Shown here piece after piece: positions 42,004-54,965 of a DNA stretch of 64,000 nucleotides; the first letter of the stretch is position 1; each line of letters begins with the position of its first letter. The stretch is from Chrysomallon squamiferum (lineage: Eukaryota; Animalia; Mollusca). The notes beneath the pieces were generated by a model. That model did no database searches, was not told the origin of the DNA, and saw only the letters and a list, made by a program, of their open reading frames with translations. Position numbers and translations under genes: made by a program. Location: positions 33,046,001 to 33,110,000 of the forward strand of contig CM022670.1 of the NCBI GenBank assembly GCA_012295275.1. The letters are read 5' to 3'.

Positions 42004-45000
42004 TCAGTAATATTATAATCATATATAAGTTAAATAATGCTAATTTAATGCTAATTTAGATCTTTATAATGTGAACAAAATATAAAAAACTGAAACTGTA
42101 AGGCAGGGCTGTTATTAAAATTTAGTAATCCTAAAATGTAGACTAAGTTCTGACTGAATATTCTGTGTTCACAGATAATCATAAAAGTGCCTTAGCCATT
42201 CACTTCTATAAGAAAATCTCTACTAAACAGTAATATGTTACCATGGATATTGCCTAATTCTGATAGCTAAAAAGCTTTTTATCCCCATAATCCTCTGCTC
42301 TATTCAAATTTGTTGGCAGAATGTTCCAAATCAGTAGCTGAATGAATCACTGAAAAGAATTTTGTCCCTTGCATTTCCTCAACCACACTTACAGACTAGA
42401 CATCTTCTTATTATATAATGCATGACTGGGAATTTCTATTTAATTGTGCAAGATAAGCTTTTGTCAAAATTATTTCATTACTGAAATATTTTTTCATTTA
42501 CTTTTGAAGCAGTAATATCTGAAATGTAGACATTTAATATTACAATAAAATTATTAATATAAAAACTAAACACTGATTTATTTGCATATCAAGTCTGTTA
42601 TTTATGTTTATGTGTGATATATTTATTTAAAAAAAGTTAATAACGTAAAAAAAAAAAAAAAATTTATTATAATTATATATTATTAGTTCTAACAAATATT
42701 ATATGGGTATTTTAAATAAATCTATTTTCGTTCATTCCTCCTATATTGCTTTAAGATTCATAACATGTGTATTATGAAAATCTTTTGTAATTTACAAAAG
42801 AAAAACAACAGGCATTACACAAAAAAATAGTTGCAAAAAAAAAAAAAAAAAAAAAAATACTTTGAACAATGTAACGACAGTAATTTTGAATATTAAATAA
42901 ATGAAAAATTGACACTGGCAGGCATTGGATTAAGTAAGGTGCTGCAAAAATAACACAATATATATATATTTAAAAAACATAAATAAAAAATTGATTACAT
43001 GCCCACTATTATGTTACTTAAAACAATATATGAAGCTGAAAACAATATAATTACAATACTTTATACATTACATAACAATAGTAATTTGAAAAGTAAAAAC
43101 AGCCAGCCTTGGTATGTGTTTGCCTTTGTACATTCAACTTCATGTACAGAACATGAATATACAGTGTTTGTTGACCTGTGAGTGAAAATATTCAGTGTTT
43201 AAATGGTTATGTGGTAGATAATTTAGGTATTGTTGGTGGTTATTGGTAAAGCTATAGAAATAACATTTTTGTTTGATCTTTTAATAAAAAGTTAAAAAAA
43301 AAAAAAAAAAAAAAAAAACCATTTACATATTAATGTTCTAAGGTTAATAGAGGAATTAATAATTTTTATGGAGTCCCTATGCCTTGGTTTGTTTTGTTGT
43401 TTTTATATATTGTGTACTCAGAATGACAGTGCACTGAAGTTTCATAGACATTCAGTTTTGTTTGTCATTTTTTATGGCAGATAATATTTTAAACAGTTTT
43501 CAACTGAAAAAAACAACAACTAAAGAACCTTGAAAACACCCAGCAATCTGATGACAGGAGGTGGAAAATTCATTATGTAAAGCTGTGTATCAATCATTAT
43601 GTAAGAAAGAATTTAAACCATGTACATTTGTAAACTGAAGTTAAAAAGCTAAATCCCTGTGTATATGCTTCTATAGATCTTTGCCTAGTTATAGATAACG
43701 TGACTCTTGTTGAAATATTACATGAATTATGAAGATAGTTTGGTAATCCACTGTCATCTGTAATAAATGACATCCATTAGAAATTTATAAATTTTATATT
43801 TTAATATCGAGTAAGAATAAGGCATAGAGCTAAAATGATGATGATAATATATTCATATTTTTGTAACACTGTTATGAAATTGAATCTTCAAATTGTGTAA
43901 ATTCTAAAATTGTAAACATTGTAAATGATGGTTGTGATGTGAAACTACTCTGAATTTAATTAACAAATCTACTTTTCTTTTTTTTTTTGTTCTCTGTTGT
44001 CACTTCTCAGTTGTCATTGTAGTGAAATATGTTTTACAAAAGAGGAAACCTGATTTAATTTTATTAGTAATCAACTTTAAGAAAAGGAAATAAATTCAGA
44101 ACAAGTTTTTCAACATGTGTATGTATTTTAATTAGTAAATTTTGAATGTGTTCAGTTGATACCTGCACTATTGTGATAACCTAACAAATCTTTTAACTTA
44201 TCTATCATGTATATTAGATAAGCAATAAGATATAGATTTCCAATCTTTAGTTTATGAATCAGATATAACAATGGTTGTGAAAATTGTACAAAGATATGAA
44301 ATGATGATGAAAACTCAGGTATTTTATGACTGTCAATAAAACTTTAATTGATATCATTATATGCTAAATATAATGTTACAAAAATTGTTCTTAGTTATAT
44401 TCATAATTACACTTTAAGACATTTGACAAACCCTTCAAAAATAAAATAAAATAATAATAATGAATGACTGTAAGCATAATGTTAATAACAAGCAAATAAA
44501 ACAAATAAATATATAACGCAACAGAACTTTAACATTGTTATATTTAGCAACTGATGATATTATAATTTTAATGTTATATTCATCATAAAATACCTGTGGG
44601 TGAAAGAATTATTTTCTTGGAGCCATTCTGAATGTGATTTATTTATGAAGAATGATAATTCATGTCACTGAGTGCTGAAAACTACCCAGGCAGGGCAGTC
44701 TTTCTTTATACTCAGAATTGTCACCTTGTTGCTTATTGCTTACTCTGAACAGAATACAGATCTAGTCATTTATTTATTTATTTATTTATTTTTTAATTGT
44801 TTTGCTTGTTTAGACAATCATGTTACTATTCATATTGGTCACTGGTTTGCTCACTGACACATCTTTATTTATATATAGCTTATTTCTGTCTTGTTTTAAA
44901 TATCACAATTTCATACGTGAAATGTTGTTTTAATTCTGTTAGTGTGATAATTGAAACCAACAAAAGAATAAGGTAATTATTTCATTGGTTATTTGTAGTT

Positions 45001-45533
45001 ACATTTGTAAATGTAGAAGTGTTGTTAGTGAAAATATATGCAAAGAAATCAGTGTAATTTTTATGTTGTTTTTCTTTCTTTTTTGGTTCAAAATTTTGAT
45101 CCAAATCTAATATATGTCTAAATTTTTCATGAAACATTGATGTAGAAGATTATAAGAGAAGTTATCCAAACCTCATTACTGTGAAGGGCCCCATAATTGT
45201 TCAAACTTCAGGACCCCAGAAATATTAGTCCACCACTGATTAGAAGCAAGGAACTTTTATCTGGCTTAATAATAATCATTAGTTAATCTTTTACAAACAT
45301 TTTATACTATTACATTTTATTTATATATTTTGCATATATTTTCACTCATGTACATTATTATCTTTAATATCTAAGTTAAAGATGTTCTTTTAGCGTTTTT
45401 ATTTACTTATTTATATATTTAATTTCTGATGGTATTTTGTTCTTTCTTTACATAGATAATTGAAAATGATTTGTTTTTGATATACCTGTTGTATTTTCAT
45501 TATAAAACAACATATGACATTAAAAATATTTAC

Positions 45534-45573
<40 letters not shown>

Positions 45574-46966
45574 ATTTCATGAGTTTGTTTGGTTTTTTAA
45601 CAGTTTATCTGTTTTAGTTTATCTGCTTAATGTTTGCATACAGTAACTAAATCTACTTTTTATGTTTCCCCAGCTGTATTACTAATCTAATGTTAAAAGG
45701 TTGTGGTGTAAATACTATTCTTGTTATATTGGCAGCATAAATGTGATATCTAATATCTTGAAGTGTATTAAAGCTTTGGTTCACAAATGTACTGTGCTTA
45801 ATAATGTGGTTAATTGTGATTTTCCTGAAATACTGTTACAATTTTAATTTAATGGAATTATTTGATTAGTTATATTATTTTAGCATTTGAAAAAAAAAAA
45901 AAAAAAAAAAAAAATTAAAGCCTCCATTTTTTTTAGTAATTAATTGTTTTTAACTAAAAATGTTTATGTTATTACCAAAACATGAAATTTTCTTTGCATA
46001 TTTGTATATATATTTATACATGTACATGTATGTATCCATTGTATTATAATGTACAATTATAATAATTTTAAATCTTCAGTTTAATAGTTGAATTTATTCA
46101 TTTTTATTTTTTAGAGCCATAGAAACCATGCTTTAACATCATTACATTCCAAATGTGTAGTTACTCATGAGCATTTAATGCAGTGTAGATATTTAACAGT
46201 GTATCAGAGATAGGGCAGTAACATGGTTGTGCTGTTTGCTTTCAACATATCCCTTGTGTTTATTTCTTTTTTCTTTACCGTTTTGTTATTTTTATATGTT
46301 ACACCCAAACTGTACAAAGCAGCCACCCGTACCAACAGGAATAGTAACTTATTAATAACACAGGTATCTGCTTTCTACAGATTTGGTATTGTTATTTATC
46401 CATCATTTGTGATGTTTTTTACCACATTCCTTAGAGTTTTATTATAGTCATTATACACCAGTTGCTTTTTATTTATTACTTGTTAGATATCACCCCATCA
46501 TGTGGTGCTCAACATGTTTTCAGTATTGTTTATTTTGTTGTGTTTGCTGTAATAAACATGGTGTAAGGTTTGTGTGCCTATTTTTCATTGTTTTGGTTGA
46601 AATGAAAGATCAAGTGCAAATATATTTAAAGGTTAAGTGTGCATAATTTATTGTCATCATTTGTTTGTGTTAGTTTCAAAGTGCTGTTGGCGACTGCACT
46701 CAGAAGTAAAGAGTGATACAACTACTGCAACAACAATGCACCAGTTTTGCTTTGTATAGTACTGTCATTAAACTACCAGTCTATTCATCGAATTCAAATC
46801 CAACTGTGTTTTGGTTAGTAATATTTAGATTACTACCAAAAATATTTTTTTTATTTATTACAGTCAACTAAAAGTACTGGGTTATTTATAGACCATGATT
46901 GGAACACAATTGTTTGATTTGATAAAACTGAAAGTTTTATAAACAATTTTTATTGGCTTTTTTCTG

Positions 46967-46999
<33 letters not shown>

Positions 47000-48926
47000 C
47001 AAAGAAAGAAAGAAAAGAAAGAAAAAGAAAAGGAAACCCTTTGAAATTAATATTAAGGTATAAATCTTCAAAGAACTTTAAATTTCTGAAGCTAAATATA
47101 TATCTTTTTTTTTTTTTTTCTTTTAAGTTTTATTTATTATATATATATATATATATGTTACAAGATTTTGTTTTTCTTGTTTTTCAAATATTATGTTCCA
47201 TGACATAAAAAAAACAAAAACAAAACAAGCATAGTGTGAATTTAAAATCTGAACCATGTCAAATCCAATTATCCAAGTCGGGTCTGGGTTTTGGATTTGT
47301 CATGTATCAGCATTTTTACATCAGTCTTTTTTATCAACTTGCACCAACTAAAGCAAGTAGGAACAACCATAGGAACGAAAATATTTTTAGCATGTCTTTC
47401 AAACATGTTATTAGACATAAAACTTTTATTCCTGCCTTCTAGCTGTAATGAAGACACTGTAATCGTCTTATTTTTTAAATAGTGTTTTATACAGTGTGAA
47501 ATTCTGTTTCAACCGTTGTACTTTCATTGTATTGTATTTTACATGTAGTTCATTTATTTACTGTATTTAAAACATTTAAGTTTATTTGTTTTGTTATGTT
47601 ACACTGACCAGTTTAAATCTTTATTTTTAATTTAATTTGGTTGTTGTATTGTTAATTTTAATATAGATTTTATTGCACCCTATACCTTTGGTGCAGGTTT
47701 GTGAGAGATTGTATTTATATATTGTAGTTTAGTATTGATTTAATTATTTCATACACATAGTGATCGTTATTTGTGTCTGCTTTTTCATTTGCCATTTTGA
47801 TAGATTTAATTCATGGGATAGAGGCAGTTTTCATTTTTATTTTTTTACTTTTTTCTCTATTCAACTGAACATCATTACTGCAACATTACCTGACTAGTAT
47901 TATATTTCTTTAGAAAGATTAAAAATAAATAAGTAAATAAAATATAAAAATAAATACAAAATCATGTTTACATTATTTACATTAGATTTTATAAGGTTTT
48001 CATGTCAATCTTTGAACACTGATGTATTTATATACAAGTTTCATACTGAAAAGTATTTTTTTTTTCTTTCTTTTAAAAAAAAATTATAATCATCAATATG
48101 AACTGCAGTTTGAAAGTAAGACATTTTCCTTGGATATTTATTGCAGTTCAAGTGTGATACAATGCTGGTATTTTTTACAGTTATATAAAATGAATCTAGT
48201 CTAGATAATTGATGTATGACACAGCTAGATGGTGTTGCACTGTAGTTTTTGCAAGGAAGTGTTATTTTCATCCATTCAGTGGCTTGCAAGCATGGTACAT
48301 TACTGTTTATATCAAAATATCCGTATGTATATCAAGAGTGAAGAATATCCCTCTCTTGATAAATTTATATGAAGATGAAATTAAAATATTTGATGCGGAA
48401 TAGCTTGTTTGTTGTTCTTTTAGTATCCAGAACAGAATACAATGAACCTGATATTTATTTCAATTTTATTTCTTGATATTTATGTAGGAAAATAGATTTG
48501 TAAAATCAAACATGTATTATTAAAAGCTGTAAATTGTTTTAAAAACATTATTCTGTTACAGTTTAACTGATCTTAAAAAAAAAGGAATAACAAATGTGTT
48601 TAACAAGTATCATGATTATATTCATACTGATTAACAAGAATAATTTAAAATAAAACAACTCAAAAACTCAATGTTAATCTCTTAACATAAACTAACTACC
48701 GAACAATATATCGATAAATTGCACTCTACCCTACATTTTTATTTACAATCAACTGCTTAATAATATAATTCTGTTCTGTGGCTGCTGTTACATTATATGT
48801 AACAATAATTTCCCTAATCTGCACTACATATAATTTAGATATATTCTCTGGAACTGGATAGTACTGACATCAGACTATTCTTTTATGTTTTATGTTAATA
48901 TTTAAATACCAGTGACACCAGTGGTT

Positions 48927-49046
48927 TTAAAGTCTGGAAACAGGACCCTGCTGATGTAAACATTCACTGACTAACTGGGCAGCATGTTGAGCACAGCCCC
49001 AGTGCAGTGTGACACCAGATCCTCCATGGCCATAGTTGTGAACAAT
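48927..49046 (-). CDS. DDO: D-aspartate/D-amino-acid oxidase, coding exon 10 (last)
   Basis: [19 protein letters not shown] signature; ends ...GPVSRL* (PTS1); acceptor TTTTTCAG, phase 0. Confidence 0.92.
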   Translation of the reverse strand: MVHNYGHGGSGVTLHWGCAQHAAQLVSECLHQQGPVSRL

Positions 49047-49656
49047 CTGAAAAACAACAGTGCATACTACAACATACATTCAACAACTGTTTGCTTACAA
49101 AAACATAAATTTACCACATACATTCAAATGGCAATTTACTTACAAAGGACGAAATAGTATATTTAATGGCACACTGCTGAGTGTTATATATTATCTCCCT
49201 CTTGGGATAACTCTTTAATAAAAGAAGATTAAAAATATAAGAAAAATTAAATTTTAACTGAACACAACAGACTCAATATACTTTTAAATCTATGGTTACA
49301 GATGAGATAATAAGGGTACACTCACTTCCATCAAGCATCAGACTATTCTTTTTTAACAGCAGTATATATCTTTATAAACATATTCCCTCCCAGAAGAAAG
49401 CAGATACAATAGTATCCTTTGATAAACATGTTACTGAATCCAATCAAACCTCAGACAAATTATGTTCTAACAGTGACCTTTAGCCTATGCCTGCTATTTA
49501 TTATTGGCTAAACAGGATATAGCTATAAAAATAAACAACTCCTTTTAAAAATGTTTTCTTGGGAATATTATTATGTATTTAAAATAAATAAATATGTTCT
49601 GATCTGAATATCAATTTATTTATACATAAATTCACACACACACACAGACACACAGC

Positions 49657-49689
<33 letters not shown>

Positions 49690-49798
49690 ACAGCCACACA
49701 GACACACACACACACACACACAGACACACAGACACACCCACACACACACACACACACACACAGACACACAGACAGTAATAACAGATATGTTTTGATAC

Positions 49799-49896
49799 CC
49801 AGACAGTTTTATTTCTTGTATGTCTTTTTCTGCTTCCAGCCGGACAGCTGGTCTAACAGGTCTTAAACCAGCCCAGACGCATTCGACTTTTGCATG
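49799..49896 (-). CDS. DDO: D-aspartate/D-amino-acid oxidase, coding exon 9 (98 nt, apparently 1 nt short)
   Basis: [23 protein letters not shown] motif; the donor GG|GTATC gives phase 2 but the next exon needs phase 0. Confidence 0.85.
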
Positions 49897-50357
49897 CTGA
49901 GGAAAAAATTAAAAAATAAAAATATTATAACAACAAATACAATAATCATTTAAAATGTTTAATTTTTGCTCTGAATGGAATAAAAAAAATATTTTATAAA
50001 TTAATTTATAACAAAGTGTTAAGAAATATAAGGGAGATAATTTAATGCATCACTGTAAAAAGAAGTTATTATTCTTTCTAAACTAGTTACTTAAAAGCAT
50101 TTATAAAAATGTTACAAAGAATAATATTTATTTATTTATTGTAACTACTACTACTACTACTACTACTACTGCTATAATAATAAAATACTAAACAATATGA
50201 AATTTTGTAGAAATATTGATTACCTTTAGATAAATACACAAGAGATAAATATAATTTTTAGCAACTTGGACAGTAACAAGTTTCCGTTACTTTGAAATTA
50301 AGAATATTAAAAATATATTTTATATATATATATATTATTAGGGTATTTAACACTCAC

Positions 50358-50475
50358 TTTCAAGCTTGGTACAAGATGAATGACTTTCTTCCAGATAGTT
50401 TGAGTATCTTCTTCATTTACAGTTTCATCCCACCTGTTTGCTTGTTCTGTTCCACCAAGAACAATATTTCTGGTG
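50358..50475 (-). CDS. DDO: D-aspartate/D-amino-acid oxidase, coding exon 8
   Basis: (G)TRNIVLGGTEQANRWDETVNEEDTQTIWKKVIHLVPSLK; donor |GTGAGT. Confidence 0.88.
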
Positions 50476-50476
50476 C

Positions 50477-50535
<59 letters not shown>

Positions 50536-50651
50536 TTAATATTAATAATAATAACAATAATAAAAACACTAATAGTAATAGTAATAATAATAATAGTTGA
50601 TGAGGATGATGATGATGATGAAATAATTCACAGAAAAAGAAGAGTGTCTAC

Positions 50652-50722
50652 CCTGGAATAATGTATCCTTCTCTTCCTTTAACCCTAAACAAGTAGAAAT
50701 GTTTTACCCAAGGTGCTGTTAC
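50652..50722 (-). CDS. DDO: D-aspartate/D-amino-acid oxidase, coding exon 7
   Basis: VTAPWVKHFYLFRVKGREGYIIPG; phases 0 to 2 consistent. Confidence 0.9.
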
Positions 50723-51337
50723 CTAAAAAGAAAAAAGAAAAACATCATTAGATAATGAAATGAATTAGTTTTTTGTCTGGTTTTCAAAATTGCTATTGTT
50801 GGTTACTGATTCTGGGAGCTGTTGGTGAGTCTTGTTTGGTTGTAGATGTTGATGGTTCTGATGGTTTTGTCATTGTAAGTAATGACTGTGAATATGATGA
50901 TGATGATGATAATATAATAACAAGAATGAACAAATTAAAAATTATACCATGACTAATCCCATGTACATTTATCTACTGTATCTGCTAACACTGATATAAA
51001 ATAAAAATTTAACAATAAATTGACAATGATTAGGTTCAATCATATAAAAATTCACTAATAAATTCATGCAGTTTTTAATCACATTTTATATGAAAAACCT
51101 AACAAAAATTATTAATAAATTTTATTCCAAAGAATAAAAAATTATTAATAACGTCATACAGCTTTCACTCTCATTTTATATCAGGCATAAAAAATAAAAA
51201 TTCAAAAATTAATCCCTTTTTATATCAAAAATGGAAAATTCATGAGTAAATTTGTACAATTTTCGATTCTGTTTTATATCAAACAACACCTATAGAATAA
51301 TTTTCTTTAAGTTGTTTTTATTATGTAACAAAGATAC

Positions 51338-51436
51338 CCTTATGATCTGGCCTCTGACAGGAAAAACACTGACATCGTCTCCCAGAACCCCGCCTCTCAG
51401 ACCACAGCAGTTTACTGCAACATCATAAGTCTCCAG
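51338..51436 (-). CDS. DDO: D-aspartate/D-amino-acid oxidase, coding exon 6
   Basis: YDVAVNCCGLRG..LGDD..VFPVRGQIIR motif; 99 nt, phase 0 to 0. Confidence 0.92.
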
Positions 51437-51559
51437 CTGAAATTTCAAATACATTTCCAGTATTACCACAGAATGTCTAAGAAAATTATATTTTTATATT
51501 ATTATGTCTGTTTTCATCATCAAAAGGAACCAAAAATCTGCCTACATTTCTTTCCTTCT

Positions 51560-51614
<55 letters not shown>

Positions 51615-51748
51615 TTTGCTTGTTTGTATGTTTGCTTTTTGTTTCTTTGTTTGTTGAATTACTATTTATAATTAATTTTTTTACATATTCATACATGTAC
51701 TGACTTAGGTACTTACCATCTACTTACTTACCTTATTTATTTATTTAC

Positions 51749-51803
51749 CTGGTTTATTGAAGATATTGTCTGGAATTCCACTTTTCCTCCATGATCTTTA
51801 AAC
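51749..51803 (-). CDS. DDO: D-aspartate/D-amino-acid oxidase, coding exon 5
   Basis: (R)FKDHGGKVEFQTISSINQ; TTTTCAG| acceptor and CAG|GTAAAT donor. Confidence 0.88.
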
Positions 51804-52033
51804 CTGAAAAAATGCAAAATTAAAACTAAAACATAAACAAATATATTAAAATCCATATTAAAAAAAAACTTTCCACATTTACTATTACATTTCATTAAAA
51901 ACACAAATACACTGTTGTGCTGACATTACCATAACTAACAACTCCATGTTATTTTTTTGTATTACTCTGGAACAGAGAAAAATACCACATAATTACTTAT
52001 TTAAAAATGATGTTATTTGTTCTTTTTAAATAC

Positions 52034-52099
52034 CTTTTCATCAGCCAAGTGAGATAGGACTGCACATCAACCTGGACAGTTGTGTGAAAATATCCCGAT
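52034..52099 (-). CDS. DDO: D-aspartate/D-amino-acid oxidase, coding exon 4
   Basis: SGYFHTTVQVDVQSYLTWLMKR; phase 2 to 2. Confidence 0.88.
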
Positions 52100-52399
52100 C
52101 TAGAAACAAGTACATAAACATTAAAAACATTATGAACACATTTCATCATTTGACTGACGTATTAAATCAAGAACAATAATCAAAAGTCATAAGTTAGATA
52201 ACTGAAGTTGCTGCATATTAAATTTCATTATTACAACTTTTCTATTTTATACTAATACTAATTTAAATAAACAAATTACAAATCTGATTTACTCTCAAGC
52301 CATTTTGTCATAATAAGCAGATTCATATTAATGTCCAAAATATTCATAAAACATTATCAAAGTGTATTTTATGAAGATAAATCAAAATGATTCCCTCAC

Positions 52400-52476
52400 T
52401 TGGTGGAAGGAAAAAGTTTCAATTCCTCTTCTGTTAATGTCCGAAAACCTAAAACTATGTCTTTATAATATGGCTC
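52400..52476 (-). CDS. DDO: D-aspartate/D-amino-acid oxidase, coding exon 3
   Basis: EPYYKDIVLGFRTLTEEELKLFP motif; phase 0 to 2. Confidence 0.9.
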
Positions 52477-52734
52477 CTACAATAAAAAATTGTTTATTTA
52501 TGTGTAAATTTAATACTGAAGACATTCCTTTTTTTTTTTTTTTAATGCAGCAATGTTTACTTAGGATCCATATTTGTTAATTACATTATTTGATATATTT
52601 GAAAGTTTTAAGGACTGCTTTATTATCAAAGTAAAATCAATGTATTGGACAAATTTGAATCATTATTATAATAATAATAATAATAAAAAAATAATAATAA
52701 TAAATAAATAAATAAATAAATAAATAAAAAGCAT

Positions 52735-53135
52735 GATAGAACATAAAATGTGGAACAAAACATTTAATTATATAATTAGTATGCAGGAATTCAGAGAAAA
52801 TATCAAATAGTAAGTAATTATGAAAAAAAAAAAGTATGACAGAACATGTTTTGGAACTGAACATTGTGACTGATTTAACTGTTTAACTATTATAATGAAG
52901 ATATAATACTGTTTTACCAGAATTCATAATATATGACTTTAGAGAAAATAACAAATATTAAGTAATTATTATTTTTTTAAAAGTATGTCTGAACATCTTT
53001 TGGAACTGAACATTCTGACTGATTTAATTATATAATCTGTTGAAGACAGAGAAAGGGCTGCAATAGTTTCACAGGAATTTATAATAGTTATGAGAAAATA
53101 TGAAGTATAAAGTAATTATAAATTTTAAAAGTTTT
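52735..53135. repeat. Diverged about 150 bp tandem repeat inside an oxidase intron
   Basis: AAGTAATTAT...AAAGTATG.C.GAACAT.TTTTGGAACTGAACATT.TGACTGATTTAA occurs twice in full, plus partial copies. Confidence 0.75.
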
Positions 53136-53141
53136 GCCCAC

Positions 53142-53256
53142 CTTCATGGCATCATTTGACAGCGTGAAGCCTGATAACAGCTGTGCATGAACACTGGCTG
53201 CTTCTGATGACCTGGCCAGTTTTAACAAATGATCAAACGTCTCTTTGCCCCACTCT
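53142..53256 (-). CDS. DDO: D-aspartate/D-amino-acid oxidase, coding exon 2
   Basis: EWGKETFDHLLKLARSSEAASVHAQLLSG; phase 2 to 0. Confidence 0.9.
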
Positions 53257-53655
53257 CTGTTAAATAAAATAAAAATATTGGTTGTTATAGAAACAGGTTA
53301 ATTTTTATTAGGTACAAACAAATGTAAATGTTTAGATTGGGTTTTTTTTCCTGCTGTCAGTAGTTAAAGAATTTTTTTCTAATAACAAATAAGTAAATGA
53401 ATTAATTGTAAAAAAAAAAAATAATAATAAAATTAAAAAAATTAAATTAATTGAAGTAAAGGAATCAGCTATTTTACATGTTTTGTTTCTTATAAGGTAA
53501 ACATATTAGTTATTTGTTGAAAGGAATAACATAATTTGAGAAAAATATATTTCTTTAGAAACATGAAGCATCAGATTTATAAATGGAATGATGACAGTTT
53601 ACATTTTATTTACAATTTGTTAATTATATATTAATTTTATTTTGTTTATATTTTT

Positions 53656-53692
<37 letters not shown>

Positions 53693-53886
53693 TATACTTT
53701 TCTTCTTTTTTGGGGGACACATTAACTTCTATGTAGAATAAAACTCATCCTAAACCTTAGCTTTTAAACTGAATTCTTTAGGTGAACCAGTGATTTCATG
53801 AAATCCCTATTTCCACAATCTTACTGTAACTTTACATATTAAAATCTATCAGATAAATCCATAAAATGAATCTTTATCAGTCTCAC

Positions 53887-54080
53887 TTTATCAGTCTTTC
53901 TGGTGTATCGCTAAGATCGTGGGGCAACCAAAATCCACCGGATCCATCTGATGTTGTGTTTGGAGAGAATGTGTCAGCCACTAACGTTACATCAACATCA
54001 GGCACTGTCTCCTGCACACGTACAGCTGTGGACAGTCCAATGACCCCAGCACCCACCACACACACTCGTCTTTTTCTCAT
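53887..54080 (-). CDS. DDO: D-aspartate/D-amino-acid oxidase, coding exon 1 (FAD-binding Rossmann motif)
   Basis: RVCVVGAGVIGLSTA..FSPNTTSDGSGG; acceptor 3 nt upstream of ATG; donor AA|GTGAGA. Confidence 0.93.
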
Positions 54081-54498
54081 TTTCTACAAAGAAACAAAAT
54101 GACAAAAAACAACAACTTTTAAAACTGAACATTGATGAATCAAATAATAGTAAAAATAAAAAAATAATAATAAAAATAACTAAATAATATAAATTTTAAT
54201 AACAAAACTACTATTACCATTACTACTACTACTAATAATAAATAAATAAATAAATAAATAAATAATACCAAAATATGCATCCCAGGACCTTAAGCCCCTC
54301 TGTACTTTTGACAGATTTCTTTATGTGTTTGAGAAAAATAACACTATTCATGACATGAACGTCCTTGAATTATTTTTTTTTACATCATAATTTGTTTTTC
54401 TCCCACTCATACTTTTTGGCAACTAATATATATATTAGAACCAAAAGAAATACATTTAGAACTAAACTTTTATTAATTATTTATTAACTTTTTTATTA

Positions 54499-54540
<42 letters not shown>

Positions 54541-54904
54541 GTTGTTGTTGTTGTTGTTGTTGTTCTGTATATTTTAACCAAAAACTACTACATACAAATA
54601 ATATTAAAACAAGTAAAAAGCTATCTGTAAGCAAAACGAGAAGGACGATGAGGAAAAGCCTGTATTCTTGAAAAAGAACCTGCATTACGGTTACTAACTA
54701 CGCATTTGACAGCTAAAAATTTGATTTATCGGTGTTTAGTACCTAACAGTTTATATGACGAAAACAAAATATGAAGCTGGTGTTGATTGATACTGCAACG
54801 ATAACAAATTTGTCAATAACTTTTGTGAAATGTAAAGATATTTGATCAAAATAAAATTAATTATTACGGCAGTAACAACAAATAAATAAAACGATGAGAG
54901 TTAC

Positions 54905-54965
54905 CTCGCTTGATATATTCCAATTTCTCAGTGAAAAATGTTCAGCTAGCATAAAGACAGAAGGA
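54905..54965 (-). other. Probable non-coding first exon of the oxidase gene (5' limit uncertain)
   Basis: Donor GAG|GTAACT at 54905/54904 in the CpG-retaining zone; coding exon 1 begins at an acceptor, so an upstream exon is required. Confidence 0.5.

Noticed and set aside
45185-45238. Possible DNA-transposon terminus (CAGTGGTGGA...GGGGCCC on the - strand)
   Set aside because: No partner TIR or target-site duplication found by eye
49326-49369. Extra mini-exon that might repair the oxidase frame
   Set aside because: Strong donor but poor acceptor; it also needs a second alternative acceptor and would insert about 20 non-homologous residues. A 1-bp indel is simpler
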